Part shown: one piece after another, positions 22,936-36,430 of the stretch
Layout: each line of letters opens with the position of its first letter
Numbering within the stretch: the first letter of the stretch is position 1
Origin: Octopus sinensis
Taxonomy: Eukaryota
NCBI RefSeq assembly: GCF_006345805.1
Contig: NC_043002.1
Span: forward strand, 54,994,001-55,058,000
Direction of reading: 5' to 3'
DNA: 64,000 bases
The notes under the pieces: model-generated
What the model saw: the letters and a program-made list of their open reading frames with translations, nothing else
Told to the model about the DNA's origin: nothing
Database searches by the model: none
Position numbers and translations under genes: made by a program

Positions 22936-23689
22936 TTCCACCAAGTTTGAGGCAAGCCATAAAATGGGGCAGGGCAGGGTGGTTGTAGGTACAAGGCCTG
23001 AAATTTTGCAGGAGCGTGGAAATCGATCACATTGACCCTAGTGTTCGATTGGTGTTGTTCATTTTATCAACCTCAAAAGGAAAAGGGTGAAAGGCAAAGT
23101 GAACGTTGCTGGGACTTGAACTCACAACACAAAGACAGACAAAATGCTGTTAGATTTAACAGTGAAGTCTTCAAATTACATTGTGCAAGTTTAGAAATAT
23201 AAATGAGAAATATAAATCCTTAAAAATGTTTTAGCCCGAAGGCCGCGGCCATGTTGGGGCAATTGAAAAATTCTATCTTTAAAATCTGTATGGCTGCAAA
23301 AACGAACATAGATTGGTGGGTGGGTGATGGCGGCGGCAGTAATGGTGGTGGTGAGCAGGATATCATTTGGGGTAGAAATGGGGAATAATTGTAGAACTTT
23401 ACATAGGAGGCATGCATCGTTGAAACAGGCATTTAAATGAAATGATGACAATGGAGATGATAGTAATGATGGTGGTGCTGGGGTAATAGGGATAAAGCTG
23501 ATGGTGGTGGTGGTGGTGGTGGTGGTGGTGGTGGGTGATGTTGATGACAAGTGTTTTAACCCTGCATATAGTCAGATGCAGTGACAGTTATAGGAGGTGG
23601 AGGCGGATGTGGTGGAGAGCAGGAGTAGAGAATAGACCTTTTTTAAACTAATGTACGGAGGTGGAGGGAACAGACACATTGAATTGGTG

Positions 23690-23991
23690 GTGGGGGATGG
23701 TGATGGTCACCATGGCAACGGATGGTGGGGATGGTGATGGTCACCATGGCAATGGTGATGTTAGTTAGTTAGCACTGATGATAGTGATAGGAATGGTAGT
23801 GCTGGTGGTGCCGATGGGGGAAGTGGTGTTACAGAGAGGAAAATAATGGCTAAAAAACCTGGTTCATTTCCCTGTGTGTATGTATACACACACACACACA
23901 CACATTCCAACTAGGGTTTGTCTCTCAACCAGGCAATCCAAATCCTTTCATTGCTGCTGTAGATTAATCTAACGAGTCATTCATTAGGGAT
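23690..23991. repeat. Block with a diverged inverted copy at 33672-33915
   Basis: Manual alignment gives roughly 80% identity over ~260 bp, ending CAGGCAATCCAAATCCTTTC..GATTAATCTAACGAGTCATT. Confidence 0.9.
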
Positions 23992-24636
23992 ACTTATTTA
24001 TAATTATCATGCAATGTCAAGAGAAGGAGACACAAACGTGTGTGTATGTGTGTGTGATGGTCTTCTTTGTTTCCATCTACTAAATCCACCCACAAGGCTT
24101 TGGTTGGCCCAGGGCTACAGTAGAAGACAATCAGTAGAAGACAGTAGAACAGAACCCAAAACCATGCAGCTGGGAAGCAACTTTTTACCACACAGCCACA
24201 CCTCTGCCTATCATTACTTATTCTTCATCGTCATTTATCTTCTCTTTCCCATGCTGGCATGGGTCTGACGGTTTCACAGCAGTTGCATCCTACTCTGCTT
24301 ACCTGTTTTGGCATTGTTTCTATGGCCAGGTGCCCTTCCTAATGCCAACTACTTTGCAGAGTGTACTGGATGCTTTTTTTTATGACATCAGCCTGGGCAT
24401 GTCTTTAATCATAAAACATATTCAACATTGTGTGGGAATCGGTCATTTTCAATCTGAAAGTCTTGAATTGAGCAAAATCTCTCTCAACTGCAATACCAAC
24501 CTTCTTGTAATTTGAGACTGAGCATGTGGGTGTATCACTCATTCACTGGACATCAGAGTAAAGACACAACATTTGGCTCAGACAAAACTATTAGATTAGG
24601 ATATTTGTTAGTATGTGCCTATCATAGAAAGAATTG

Positions 24637-24681
<45 letters not shown>

Positions 24682-25353
24682 CTTTCTTCAAATTTTCTTC
24701 TTCTTCTTCTTATTATTTTATGTTGACTTTTGCTTTACATTTGTACAAGTTGGCTCCAAGTCTCACCCAGAGACAACGAGTTAGAAGTTCATGTTGGTGT
24801 TATGCCTCGGGTGCCATATATTTTATTTTGTACATAGTACAGTTCTAGAGATTGTTTAAGAAACCATAAGAAAATTATGTTTGTTTTAAAATTTGAGATT
24901 ACATAGACAGTATTTTACATAGTATATGGGCAGTTCCCTATTATTATTATTATTATTATTATTATTAAAGAGTTGCTGAATCTTTTGTCCCAATGTATAT
25001 GACATTGTCAAGACAACCCCAAAAATATCGATGCACACACACACACACCTGTTGTTATCTCACAATCTTTCTCACGAATGCACAATACACACACACACAC
25101 ACACTTTATGTATGTGTGTGTACTGACACAGACCACTCCCACGTAGTTTGGTGGTTTACCTTATGTATATGTTTCACTATTGCCATCTATCAGATCTGAC
25201 TGACTGACTGACTGACTGGCTTTAGTTGCTTGCAATTTACAGGTTAAAGAGATGAGGGAGAGAGGGAGAATGAGAGAGAGAGAGAGAGAGAGGGAGGAGG
25301 GAGATTTCGGAGAAAATAGGTGAGATGCATTGTTTAAAGAAGGATGGAAGTTA

Positions 25354-25386
<33 letters not shown>

Positions 25387-25971
25387 CATTGAGTAGAGGG
25401 TGGAGGTAGAGGGAAGATGAGCCATGGCTTATAATATATATATAAGACATGGACTTTGCTATGTGTGTGTGTGAGACTATTTCTGTATCCATTCTGCTGA
25501 TGGAGGGAGGTGTGTTTGGTAGGGGTGGTGGTGGTGGTTGCAGGGAATTGTTGTTGCTAAGCTAACAGCTGTAGCTTAAGAAATGTCTCTCTCTCTCTCT
25601 CTCTTCTCATCCCCTCCCCCTTCCTCAAATCTTACTTCATCTCATCTCACACTACCCCCTCCCCGCCCTCACGACATACCTTCCTCTCACTTGACTCCCA
25701 CCCCTCTGACATCTATCTCCTCCTCTCAGTTGCCTCACCCTCTTTTATCAGCTTCTCCTCCTCCTCTCCACTCTATCCAAAGAGTGGGAGGAAAGGATCA
25801 AGAGAAGGTGGTGGACTGTCTCTCCTCTTCCCACTACCAGCTTTCCCCCCATTACTCTCCTGTTACCCTCCCCACACCCCTAGTTAAAGCATATCTTTCT
25901 TATCAACTCACCCATGTTTAGACCTGCATTATTGAGGTGGATGGAGAAATGGTTGTGTGCGGGTATTTATG

Positions 25972-26016
<45 letters not shown>

Positions 26017-26986
26017 TACCCGTGGGGGGGGGACAGGAGGGTAGTGACTGCAGATGATGGTGGTGGTGGTGGTATTTTATTGGTGGCTTTCAGAGAAATT
26101 CAAACAGGATGTAATAGAGAGAAAACTATAGAGGATATAACTTCTTACTTTCTTTCTTTCTTTCTTCACCTTCTTTCTCAGACCAGATCCCCCCCCACCG
26201 TCTCTTAAGGCTGCATATAAACAGTTTTTATGTTTGAATCATGACAGAATTATTTATGGGACATGATTTTAACACACACAGGCACACACACACATGTACA
26301 CACATGTGTGTGTGTGTATGTTTGTGTGTGACAGAGAGAGAGAGAGAGAGAGATTACTAACAGCAAGCAGTTTCATCATCGTCGTCATCATCACCACCAT
26401 TATTATCTACTTCCACTTACACCTTTATCATCATTATCATAACCAATCCTAAACTGATACAGCTGCTGTTGTAGTTGTTGTTGTTGTTGTTGTTGTGGTG
26501 GTAGTGGTGGTGGTGGTGGTGGTGGTGTTATAAGAGACAAATGAAAACAGAATCATCATCTTCATTATCACACCACCACCTCCCTTTCCTCCCAACCACC
26601 ACCAATCATCATCATCATCAGACTTGATATTATCTTGTATCACAACCACCATGGTTGGTGGTGGTGGTGGGAGGGTGGGTGGAAAAGAGTATTTGTCAGC
26701 AGATCTGACTGCAGAATCCTCATTGTTGGCCTTTTCACCCACCCCCTCCTGCCACCTCTTCATCATCATCATCATCATTACCATCATCATGTTGCCACAC
26801 AGCATAATCACATCATTATAATTATCATCAGTGTCATCATTGTCATCACCACCACTGCTGCCATCTAGTGAGTGACATCAATTTTGATGTTGTTGTAGTC
26901 TCCCCTGACTTTATCTCATTTGAATTGTTTGGAGAGAAAGAAAGAGGGAGAGGGAGAGAGTAGGACAGGGTTAGTAAACTTGGAAT

Positions 26987-27018
<32 letters not shown>

Positions 27019-27066
27019 CACTCATAACTGTCATCTATATATATATATGTGTGTATGTGTGTGGAA

Positions 27067-27372
27067 AGCACATGGCTTAGTGGTTAGGGCATTTGACTCA
27101 CAATCGTAAGGTTATGAGTTCAATTCCTGGCGATGTGTTGTGTCCTTGAGCAAGACACTTTATTTCACGTTGCTCAAGTCAACTCAGCTGGCAAAAATGA
27201 GTAGTACCTGTATTTCAAAAGCCCGGCCTTGTCACACTCTGTGTCACGCTGTATCCCCCTGAGAACTACATTAAGGGTAAACGTGTCTGTGGAGTGCCCA
27301 GCTACTTGCACATTCGAGCTATTCTGTTGATCGTATTAGCTGGGACCCTTGTCGTCATAACCGATGGAGTGC
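27067..27372 (+). mobile_element. Near full-length tRNA-headed SINE (family D)
   Basis: A box TGGCTTAGTGG, B box GAGTTCAATTCC, GTGTCCTTGAGCAAGACACTTTA, 3' body as at 1665-1812. Confidence 0.85.
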
Positions 27373-27377
27373 TCCAT

Positions 27378-27680
27378 CATCATCATCATTTAGCATCCGC
27401 TTTCCATGCTAGCATGGGTTGGACGGTTCAACTGGGGTCTGGGACGCCAGAAGGCTGCACCAGGCCCAGTCTGATCTGGCAATGTTTCTACGGCTGGATG
27501 CCCTTCCTAATGCCAACCACTCCGTGAGTGTAGTGGGTGATTTTTATGTGCCAGACGGGGCTGGCAAACGGCCACGGTCGGATGGTGCTTTTTACATGCC
27601 ACTGGCACGGGGGCCAGGCGAGGCTGGCAACGGCCACGATCGGATGGTGCTTTTTACGTGCCACCAGCATGGGCGCCAAC
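27378..27680 (-). mobile_element. Family C element with internal subrepeats, CpG-rich (young-looking)
   Basis: CATCATCAT-TTAGCATCCGCTTTCCATGCTAGC...GGATGCCCTTCCTAATGCC followed by repeated GGATGGTGCTTTT(T)AC units. Confidence 0.85.
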
Positions 27681-27904
27681 ATATATATATATATATTAAT
27701 AATGAAGGGTAGTACTTGCAGCACCAGCATGCTAAAGATAGCAGCCAAAACCACAGTTTTGCCCTTGTGTTCAAATGTAAACTATGGTTTTCAGTCGTTT
27801 TGACTGCTATCTTTAGCATGCTGGTGCTACAAAGTATTACTCTTCATTATTAAGTGATAATTTTGCCTTTGTGGTTCTTCTTTTTATGCAGCATTCAAAC
27901 TGTT

Positions 27905-28490
27905 GCTGCATTCTGAATTCAAATTCTGCCGAGGTCAACTTTGACTTTCATCCTTTCGGGATTGATAAATTAAGTACGAGTTGGGGTTGATGCAATCAAC
28001 CAGTCCCCTCCCTCAAAATTTCAGGCCTTGTGTCTTCAGTAGAAAGGATTAGTATTATTATTTAAGTGGTGAGCTGGCAAAATGATTAGTGTGCCTGGTG
28101 ATATGCTTAAAGGTATTTTACCTGTTGCAATGTTCTGAGTTCAAATTCCATGAGGTGAACTTTGCTTTTCATCCTTTTGGGGTCGATAAATTAAGTACCA
28201 GTTGCGTACTGAGATCGATGTAATCAACTAGTCCCCTCCCGACAAACTTCAAGCCTTGTGTCTATAGAAGAAAGGATTATTATTATTACTAAGATGGCAA
28301 GCTGGCAGAATCATTAGCATGCTGTATTTTGTCTGCTGTGACATTCTGAGTTCAAATTCCTCCAAGGTTGACTGTGCCTTTCCTCCTTTTAAGTTCGATA
28401 AATTAAGTACCAGTGGAATACTGGGGTTGATGTCATCAGTTAGTCCTCTCCCCCAAAATATCAGGCCTTGTGCCTTCAGTAGAAAGGATT
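27905..28490 (+). mobile_element. Three head-to-tail family B SINEs separated by (TTA)n
   Basis: TTCTGAG/ATTCAAATTC...CATCC...AAGTAC...GGCCTTGTG...AGAAAGGATT(A) three times. Confidence 0.9.
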
Positions 28491-28515
28491 ATTATTATTA
28501 TTATTATTATTATTA

Positions 28516-28557
<42 letters not shown>

Positions 28558-29288
28558 GTAGTAGTAGTAGTAGTAGTAGTATCATCATCATCATCTCCCT
28601 CCACCCTGCATTATATAAACGTAGAGGTGCACAAACTAAATTGGAACCAGATCAGTTGCACCACCAGTCTTGGGACACTGACAAAAAGCATTTCCTGATA
28701 AAGTGTGAACTGGCTCCCATTTCTAAAGGGTGTTTTTAGTGGCTGTCCTGAGGTGTGGCTGGTTTTGGTACTTCATGGCCCCTCATTAGGGTTATGTTTT
28801 TATCATCTTCCATTTGGCAGAAATAACATCAGACAACTTAGGAGATCCCTGATCATTGAAATTGTATAGATGTCAGTGTGTGTGTTTATGTGCAGGTGTG
28901 TCTGCATGTATGTGTGTCATCTACAGGAATAAACCACATACAGGTGTCCACTTTAGTGCTAAATCATACTTGACTTCCAAATGACAGTTTGTGGGTGAAG
29001 ATGTGTGTGTGTAAGTGAAGGTGTGTCTGTCAGTGTGTAAATATATCGTTTATGTGTGTGTCTTCAGTCATGGGGTTTATGTTTGAAATGTGTACAGATA
29101 AGGACTATTTGTGTGTGTGCGTGTAGATAAGGATTGTATCTATACAGAAATGTTTGTGTATGTATGTGTGTATGTGTATATCATCATCATCATCATCATC
29201 ATTTAACGTCTGTTGTCCATGCTGGCATGGGTTCGACAGTTTGACTTGGGCTGGCACACTGGAAGGCTGCACCAGACTCCACTCTGGT

Positions 29289-29322
<34 letters not shown>

Positions 29323-29428
29323 ACATACATGTATATATACACATACATGTGTATATATATATATATATATATGCACATACTTACATACATACATACATAC
29401 ACACAGGCACAAACACACACACACACAG

Positions 29429-29460
<32 letters not shown>

Positions 29461-29499
29461 CTCTTATGTTTTACTTGGCTATGGATATATTCTTATAAT

Positions 29500-29680
29500 C
29501 TTTTACTTGCTTCAGTCATTTGACTGCGGCCATGCTGGAACACTGCTTTTAGTTGAACAGATCAACCCCAGGACTTATTCTTTGTAAGCCTAGTACTTAT
29601 TCTATCGGTCTCTTTTGCCAAAAGGAGACATAAACACACCAGCATTGGTTGTCAAGTGATGGTGGGGGAAACAAACACAA

Positions 29681-29750
<70 letters not shown>

Positions 29751-29903
29751 GACAGACTTCTTTCAGTTTCCATCTACCAAATCCACTCACATAGCTTTAG
29801 TCGGTCTGGGGCTATTCTAGAAGACACTTGCCCAAGGTGTCACATAGTGGGACTGGACCCAGAACCATGCGGTTGGGAAGCAAGCTTCTTAGCCACTCCT
29901 GTG

Positions 29904-29906
<3 letters not shown>
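29500..29906 (-). mobile_element. CORE-type SINE (family A) with internal (TA)n
   Basis: Full reverse-complement head to tail. Confidence 0.85.
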
Positions 29907-29941
<35 letters not shown>

Positions 29942-30556
29942 GTGATAATTATTCAGTAGCCATGATAAAACTCCGAGTTTCGGATGTCGGAGCGGAAACC
30001 CCATGCTAGCATCTTTTCAGAGAATAATTATCACATATATTTACAGATAAATTCCTCTATTTGCATAATATTATCGAGGTCTCTTTCATTCTTTTGTTGT
30101 CTTGCTATTTCTATCAACATATATATATATGTATGTGTCTTTTATCTTTTACTTGTTTTAGTCAGTCAGTTGTGGCCATGCTGGGGCATTGCCTCAAAAG
30201 GTTTTTAGTTTAGCAAGTCAACCCCAGGGCTTAATTTAAAAAACAAATTTGGTACTTATTCTCTCAGCATCATGTGCCAAACTGCTAAAATATGAGGGAT
30301 ATAAACAAACCAACACCTGTTGTTAACCAGTGTTGGTTTGTTTACATCCCACATAGTTTAGTGGTTTGGCAAAACAGACTGATAGAATAAGTAGCAGGCT
30401 TGTCACACACACACACTGTGTGATGCTCATTCTGCTTGAGAATTACATTAAGGAGTATAACATGTCTGTGGAATACTCGGCTACTTACAAGTTGATTCAA
30501 AGGCAGATAATCCAGTTGATTGAACAACTGCACACAAGCACACATATGCATGCAAG

Positions 30557-30609
<53 letters not shown>

Positions 30610-31827
30610 TGCACACACACACACACATGCACACACACACACACATGTACACACACACAAGTACACTCAGACACACACAAGGCACACAATTTCGGGATGG
30701 ATTTCTGTTCCTTCACAAGACTTTGGTCAAACTGATGCTTTGGTAGAAAACAGTCCTCTAAAGCCAGGCACGAAGTCAGGATTGAGCCTAGAACCACCTG
30801 CTTCAGAAATGGTATTCTTAACCACACAACAATGTTACACTGCATTCAACGATGAGCTTTTTGTAAGATTGATTGAAGAGTAAATACTGTTTTGAGGTGA
30901 AACACACCTAGGGTTGGTCACCTGGTTTCCCTGACTGAAATCATAATGTTCTGCTGATCAGAAGGCTAATCCATCACAGGATTAACTGGATTATCTATTA
31001 TCAGCTGAGTGAACTGGAACAATGAAATGAAGTATTTTGCTGAAGAATCCAACACCACTGCCAGTTGGGGAATGGTAACCATGATCTTGAGAAGAGGACC
31101 CATCTTGCTTGAGAAGAAGAACCACCAAGCCAAGTAAAATAACAGTCATGGCAGCATGGCAGATACTGGTGTCATGCAAATGGTACCTGTGCTAGTGGCA
31201 TATATAAGCACCCATTACACTCTCAGAGTGGTTGGCCTTAGGAAGGGCATCCAGCTGTAGAAACCCTAACCCAAATCAGGCTGGAACTTGGTGCAACCTT
31301 CCAGCTTGCCAGCCCTGGTCAAACTGTCCAACCCATGCCAGCATGGACAACGGATGCTAAGTGATGATGATGATGATGACAATGATGATCTTGCAATCAT
31401 GAAGAGCCTGACTGCTTGGCCATGGGCCTCCCCACATGCCTCCACAGGCTCACTGAGAGAACCCGACAAAATAAAGGCTGTTGACATTTTGGTTGGGGGT
31501 CTGCAATACTTTATGTCTTTGCCAGTCTCCATCTCCTTTCAGATTTCCATTCTCTAGTTCCCAAACGCAGCAAACTTTCCAACGAAAAGTGGTGATTCTC
31601 AAGTTGTTCTGGGACTAAAGCATCTCTTTGACAACAAAGCCAATTCCAACAACTTCTCTCTCTCCCACCCTCTCTCCCTCCTAACTTCAGTATTACTGTT
31701 GTTGTTTGCTTCTTTTTGTCTTCTTCCTTAACCTACTTCTGCTTCTTTCAACCTGTCACTCCCCTCACCTTCTTCCCATCTTCTCCTTACTCTCTCCTCC
31801 ATCTGCACCACCTGTGATGTCACACAC

Positions 31828-31861
<34 letters not shown>

Positions 31862-32458
31862 TATTATCATACATGAGTTCCAGTCAGTTTTGTTCTTTCC
31901 TGTACAAGCCTCTTCAATAACCACACAGTGTTGTTGGAGAGAGAGAGAGACACACACACACACACACACATCATGTTCCCTCCTCCACCTTTCCCCTCTT
32001 ATCTCATCTCACCACCACCACCATCATCACCAGGTCAGCATTGTCATGAAGAGGAGAGAGAGAGACAGAGACAGAGACAGAGACTGGGCCAGAAATTATT
32101 TACACTTGGCTCCTGTCATCCTGTGTAAATATTAGATCAAAAACTTTTTCTATTCAGAATCTTTGTTTATCTTCTTTCCTCTTCCCCTGGTTTCACTGTG
32201 TAGAGAACTGTGTGTGTGTGTCTGCACTCAGACACACACACACATGCTCACTCTCACCCCCTCCCTTTCTATACATATATATATATATATATATATATCA
32301 AATAAAGGATTCTTTTATCTGTTGAAAAACACTACAGCAGTGACTCAAGAGTCTACAGTAACTCATACTGTAATCTCAGCTAATACATACATATATACTA
32401 CGCACATACACATTCGCATATACATATGCGTGTGTGCGTGCGTTTGTCCATATATGTT

Positions 32459-32497
<39 letters not shown>

Positions 32498-33014
32498 TGG
32501 TAGATGTATTACCCACCCCCTGGCATTATCTCTGGCGCTATTCAATGCCTTCTTCTTGTTTCTCTGTTTAAACACACACACAGACGCACATGCATGTACG
32601 CACACCTGTAATGTGTATTTTATCTGCATTTCGGATTTAGTCTCTCTCCTACTTCACCCACCTGTCTTCTACTCAGGACTCCATCTTGTCGCAAGTCCTT
32701 CCATCTCTCTCTCTCTCTCTCTCCTTCCCCCCCACCTCCACACTCTCATCTTCTCTTTCTCCTCTGTCTTCTCTGCTCTCTCTCCTTATCGTAGACAAAC
32801 ACACAAAACACTGCAGTCTTTGTCTTATTTTCTCCTCCTCATATGAAGTATCCTTCTTATTCTCTGTATTCCTGTTAACCCTGAAACTCCACACCTCCAA
32901 CCACCCTTCACTCCTTCCTCCTCTCGTACTGCCCTGACTGTTTTCATTTTGTTGGCATCACCCCTACCAAATATATATAAATTTGTGTGTGTGTATAATA
33001 TGTATACATATATT

Positions 33015-33308
33015 AGCAGCACTCCGTCGGTTACAAGGAGGGTCTCAGCTGATATGATCAACGTGCAAGTGGCTGAGCACTCCACAGACACGTATACCCT
33101 TAACGTAGCTCTCAGGGAGATTCAGCATGACACAGAGTGTGATAAGGCTGGCCCTTTGAAATACAGGTGCTACTCATATTTGCCAGCTGAGTGGAATGGA
33201 GCAATGTGAAACAGAGTGCCTTGCTCAAGAACACAACACATCACCAAGAATTGAACTCATGACCTTATGATTGTGAGCTGAATGCCCTAACCACTAAGCT
33301 ACATGCCT
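33015..33308 (-). mobile_element. Family D SINE
   Basis: Reverse complement of 27067-27372. Confidence 0.8.
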
Positions 33309-33356
33309 TCACTATATACACACACTTATATACATATACGTACATACACACACATT

Positions 33357-33392
<36 letters not shown>

Positions 33393-33671
33393 TGTAGACA
33401 TGGCCGTGTGGTAAGAAGCTTGCTTCACAATCAGATGGTTCTGAGTTCAGTCCCACTGCATGACACCTTGGTTAAGTGTCTTCTATTATAGTATACCTTG
33501 TAAGCAGATTTGGCAGACAGAAACTGAAAGAAGCCTCTAATATATATACATACATATGTGTGTGTGTGTGTGTGATGGGCTTCTTTCAGTTTCCTTCTCC
33601 TAAATCCACTCACAAGGCCTTGGTTGGCCCAGGGCTACAATGGAAAATATTCAAAGTGCTGCACAGTGCAC

Positions 33672-33915
33672 AATGACTCGTTAGATTAATCCACAGTAGC
33701 AACGAAAGGATTTGGATTGCCTGACCGAGAGACAAACCCCAGTCGAAATGTGTGTGTGTACACATACATACAGGGAAGTGAACTGGTCTTTTAGCCATTA
33801 TCTTTATCTCTATAACACCATCTCCCCCATCAGCACCACCATTCCTATCACTAGCATCAGTGCTAACTAGCTAACATTGCCATTGCCACGGTGACCTTCA
33901 CCATCCCTACCACCA
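33672..33915. repeat. Inverted paralog of 23690-23991
   Basis: AATGACTCGTTAGATTAATCC...GGATTTGGATTGCCTG...GCATCAGTGCTAACTAGCTAAC. Confidence 0.9.
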
Positions 33916-34822
33916 AACTTTTGAGCCAGAAACATCTGTCCATGACTGTCCTCTTATCTACAAACAATAAGCCTCTCCTTTTTCGTCATGGTTTGTCTGT
34001 TTTGGAGAGTCCTCAAGTCTTGAGATTATCCTCCTTTCCCATGTGGAGCTGCGTAAAATTAACTGCCACTTGGTAATTAGGCTACATCGTCTGAAGGTGG
34101 AGATATTTTTAATAAATCAATAATTTATATTGATTTAATATACTTGCATTTCTCTACCTGCCTGTATGGCTAGCTATGTACCTACCTGTATCTCTCCCTC
34201 CCTCCCTCCGCCCTCTCTCCCTGCCCCCAAACTCACAGTGGTGTTAAATAGTTCCATTAGAATAGTTTATTTCCCTCTCCCATTTGAGGGGTATTTGTCT
34301 GTTAAAAGACTTGGTGATCCTGTTGGTAATTATGCCACATAAAAAGCACTGGTGCTGGTGCCATATAAAAAGTGCCACTGATGGTGCCATGCAAAATGCA
34401 CTGGTAATGTCTCCATGTAAAAAGCATCCTGTACACTCTGTAAAGTGGTTGACATTAGGAAGGGCATCCAGCTGTAGAAACCATGCCAAAACAGGCTGGA
34501 ACTTGACATAGCTCTTGGCCTTGCTAGCTCCAGTCAAACCATCCAACCCATGCCAGCATGGACAATGGACACTAAATGATGATGATGATGATGATTGTGG
34601 ATGAATTGATGTCTGCAGGTGTGATTGATGTCTGCAGATGTCATCTCTGTGATTTTTAATCAGAAGACCCAGTATATGGCAGAATGCATATGAGTGTCTT
34701 TTCCTTGAGTTTGTTTGCTCTTCCAAGCATAGGCTTCAACTCTTCCAGGCTTGTTGCATCAACCCTTTCATTGCTATATTTCTACAGAAATACACTTGCC
34801 TTTGTTTCACTTAATTTTGGAA

Positions 34823-35210
34823 ATAGGTGTGGCTGTGTAGTTAGAAGCTTGCTTCCCAACCACATGGTTCGAGGCTCAGTCCCACTGTGTGGCACTTTGG
34901 GCAAGTGTCTTCTACTATAGCCTTGGGCCAACCAAAGCTTTGTGAGTGGATTTGGTAGACGGAAACTGAAAGAAGCCCGTCATATATACGTGTGTGTGTG
35001 TATCTATGTTTGTCCCCCTGTCTCCCCCATTGCTTGACAACCAATACTGGTATATTTGTCCTTGTAAGTTAGCAGTTCAGCAAAAGGTACTGATAAAATA
35101 AGTCCTAGGCTTACAAAGAATAAGTCCTGGGGTCAATTTGTTTGACTAAAAACCCTTTAAGGTGATGCTCCGTTATGGCCGAAGACAAAATGACTGAAAC
35201 AAGTAAAAGG
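34823..35210 (+). mobile_element. CORE-type SINE (family A), near full length
   Basis: Head, CORE and tail present. Similar copies at 37555-37960, 42025-42365, 50033-50370, 52130-52500, 56170-56565 (+) and 30140-30420, 43875-44150 (-). Confidence 0.9.
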
Positions 35211-35809
35211 ATAAAAGAACTTGGTTAAAAATCCGTGTCGTTATGAAGCTGGTGTTTGAACATAGATTAGCATGAAATCCTGAAGGAAAGTTTTAATTTA
35301 GACCCCTTTAAAACGGCAGGTTCATACTGAGGGACAAAGGATGGCGTTAAGCAGGTTGGTATGAAAAGAATTAAATTGTTTGGAAGGTTCATGGTTTGTG
35401 ACATCGCTTAGAAAATCCTGATTTCTTGTTCCCACATCCTTGGGACTTGTTTCCTTGATTCATTGTGCTGTGCCATTTTTAGAACAAACAATATATTCAA
35501 TCATCTCCAGGTAATGGCAGCTTTTCTTTTTAAATATATATATAAAACAATGTCTGTGTGTGTGTGTATAGTTATCTCACTATTTGCTCATTTACATGCA
35601 CACAAGAGGGAGATGGGAGAGAAATATGTAGGTAGGTATGTATGTATGTATGCATGCATGTATGTATGTATGTTCTTTTCTGTTTTAAATTCTTCTGAGG
35701 AAGGAGCTCGTTTCTAACAAAGACTCAAAGCTCCATTGTTGGAATATAGATAATGAAAGCAACGTCATATTTTAAACTTAAGAAAAGTCTTGCATATTTT
35801 TACTGTTCC

Positions 35810-36430
35810 ATGCACAGACAACAGACTCCCTCAAATGCTTGGTGGGATTATTAGAAGTAGTAGATAGCTTCTGCTCCCTAGGCAACCAAGTTAGCAGTGG
35901 GGAAGAAAGTTCTGAAAGTGTAGTTACTAGAATGAGAATGGGCTGGGAAAAGTTTAGAGAGCTTCTATCTTTGTTAGTACTAAAGAGCCTCTCCCTCAGA
36001 GCGAAAGACAGATTGTATGATTCCTGTGTACATACAGCTATGGCAGTGAAATGTGGGCTTTGACTACAAAGGACTTGCAAAGGCTTGAAAGAAATGAAGC
36101 TAGCATGCTCTGCTGGCTGGGTAATGTCAGTGTGCACACATGACAGATTGTAAATGATTTAAGAGGGAAACTGGGTATAAGAGGCATCAGATGTTGTGGC
36201 GCAAGAGAGAAGCCTGTGCTGGTTTGATCATGTGATGTGTATGGATGAGGACAGCTGCGTAAAGAAGTGCTGAGCTTTAATTGTAGAGGGAGCCTGTGGA
36301 AGGGGATAAACCCAGGAAGACATGGGATTAGGTGGTGAGAAAGGATCTTCCGATGCTGGGCCTTAGTGAGGAAATGACAAAGGACTGGGAGATGTGGTGA
36401 TATGCTGTACCTGACAAGACACGTTAAGCA
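35810..36430 (+). pseudogene. Decayed 3' fragment of an RTE-clade LINE ORF (region C-terminal to the RT core)
   Basis: LEVVDSFCSLGNQVSSG..SESVVTRMRMGWEKFRELL.LL..K.LSLR.K.RLYD.CV, then in shifted frames RLERNEASML.W and LR.KLGIRGIRC; multiple stops and frameshifts. Confidence 0.9.

Noticed and set aside
26857-26872. TGCCATCTAGTGA, CTCF-like motif
   Set aside because: Single imperfect match; expected by chance in 64 kb without chromatin data.
35696-35725. CTGAGGA...GAGCTC...TTTC
   Set aside because: Order and orientation of the motifs are incompatible with a hammerhead on either strand.
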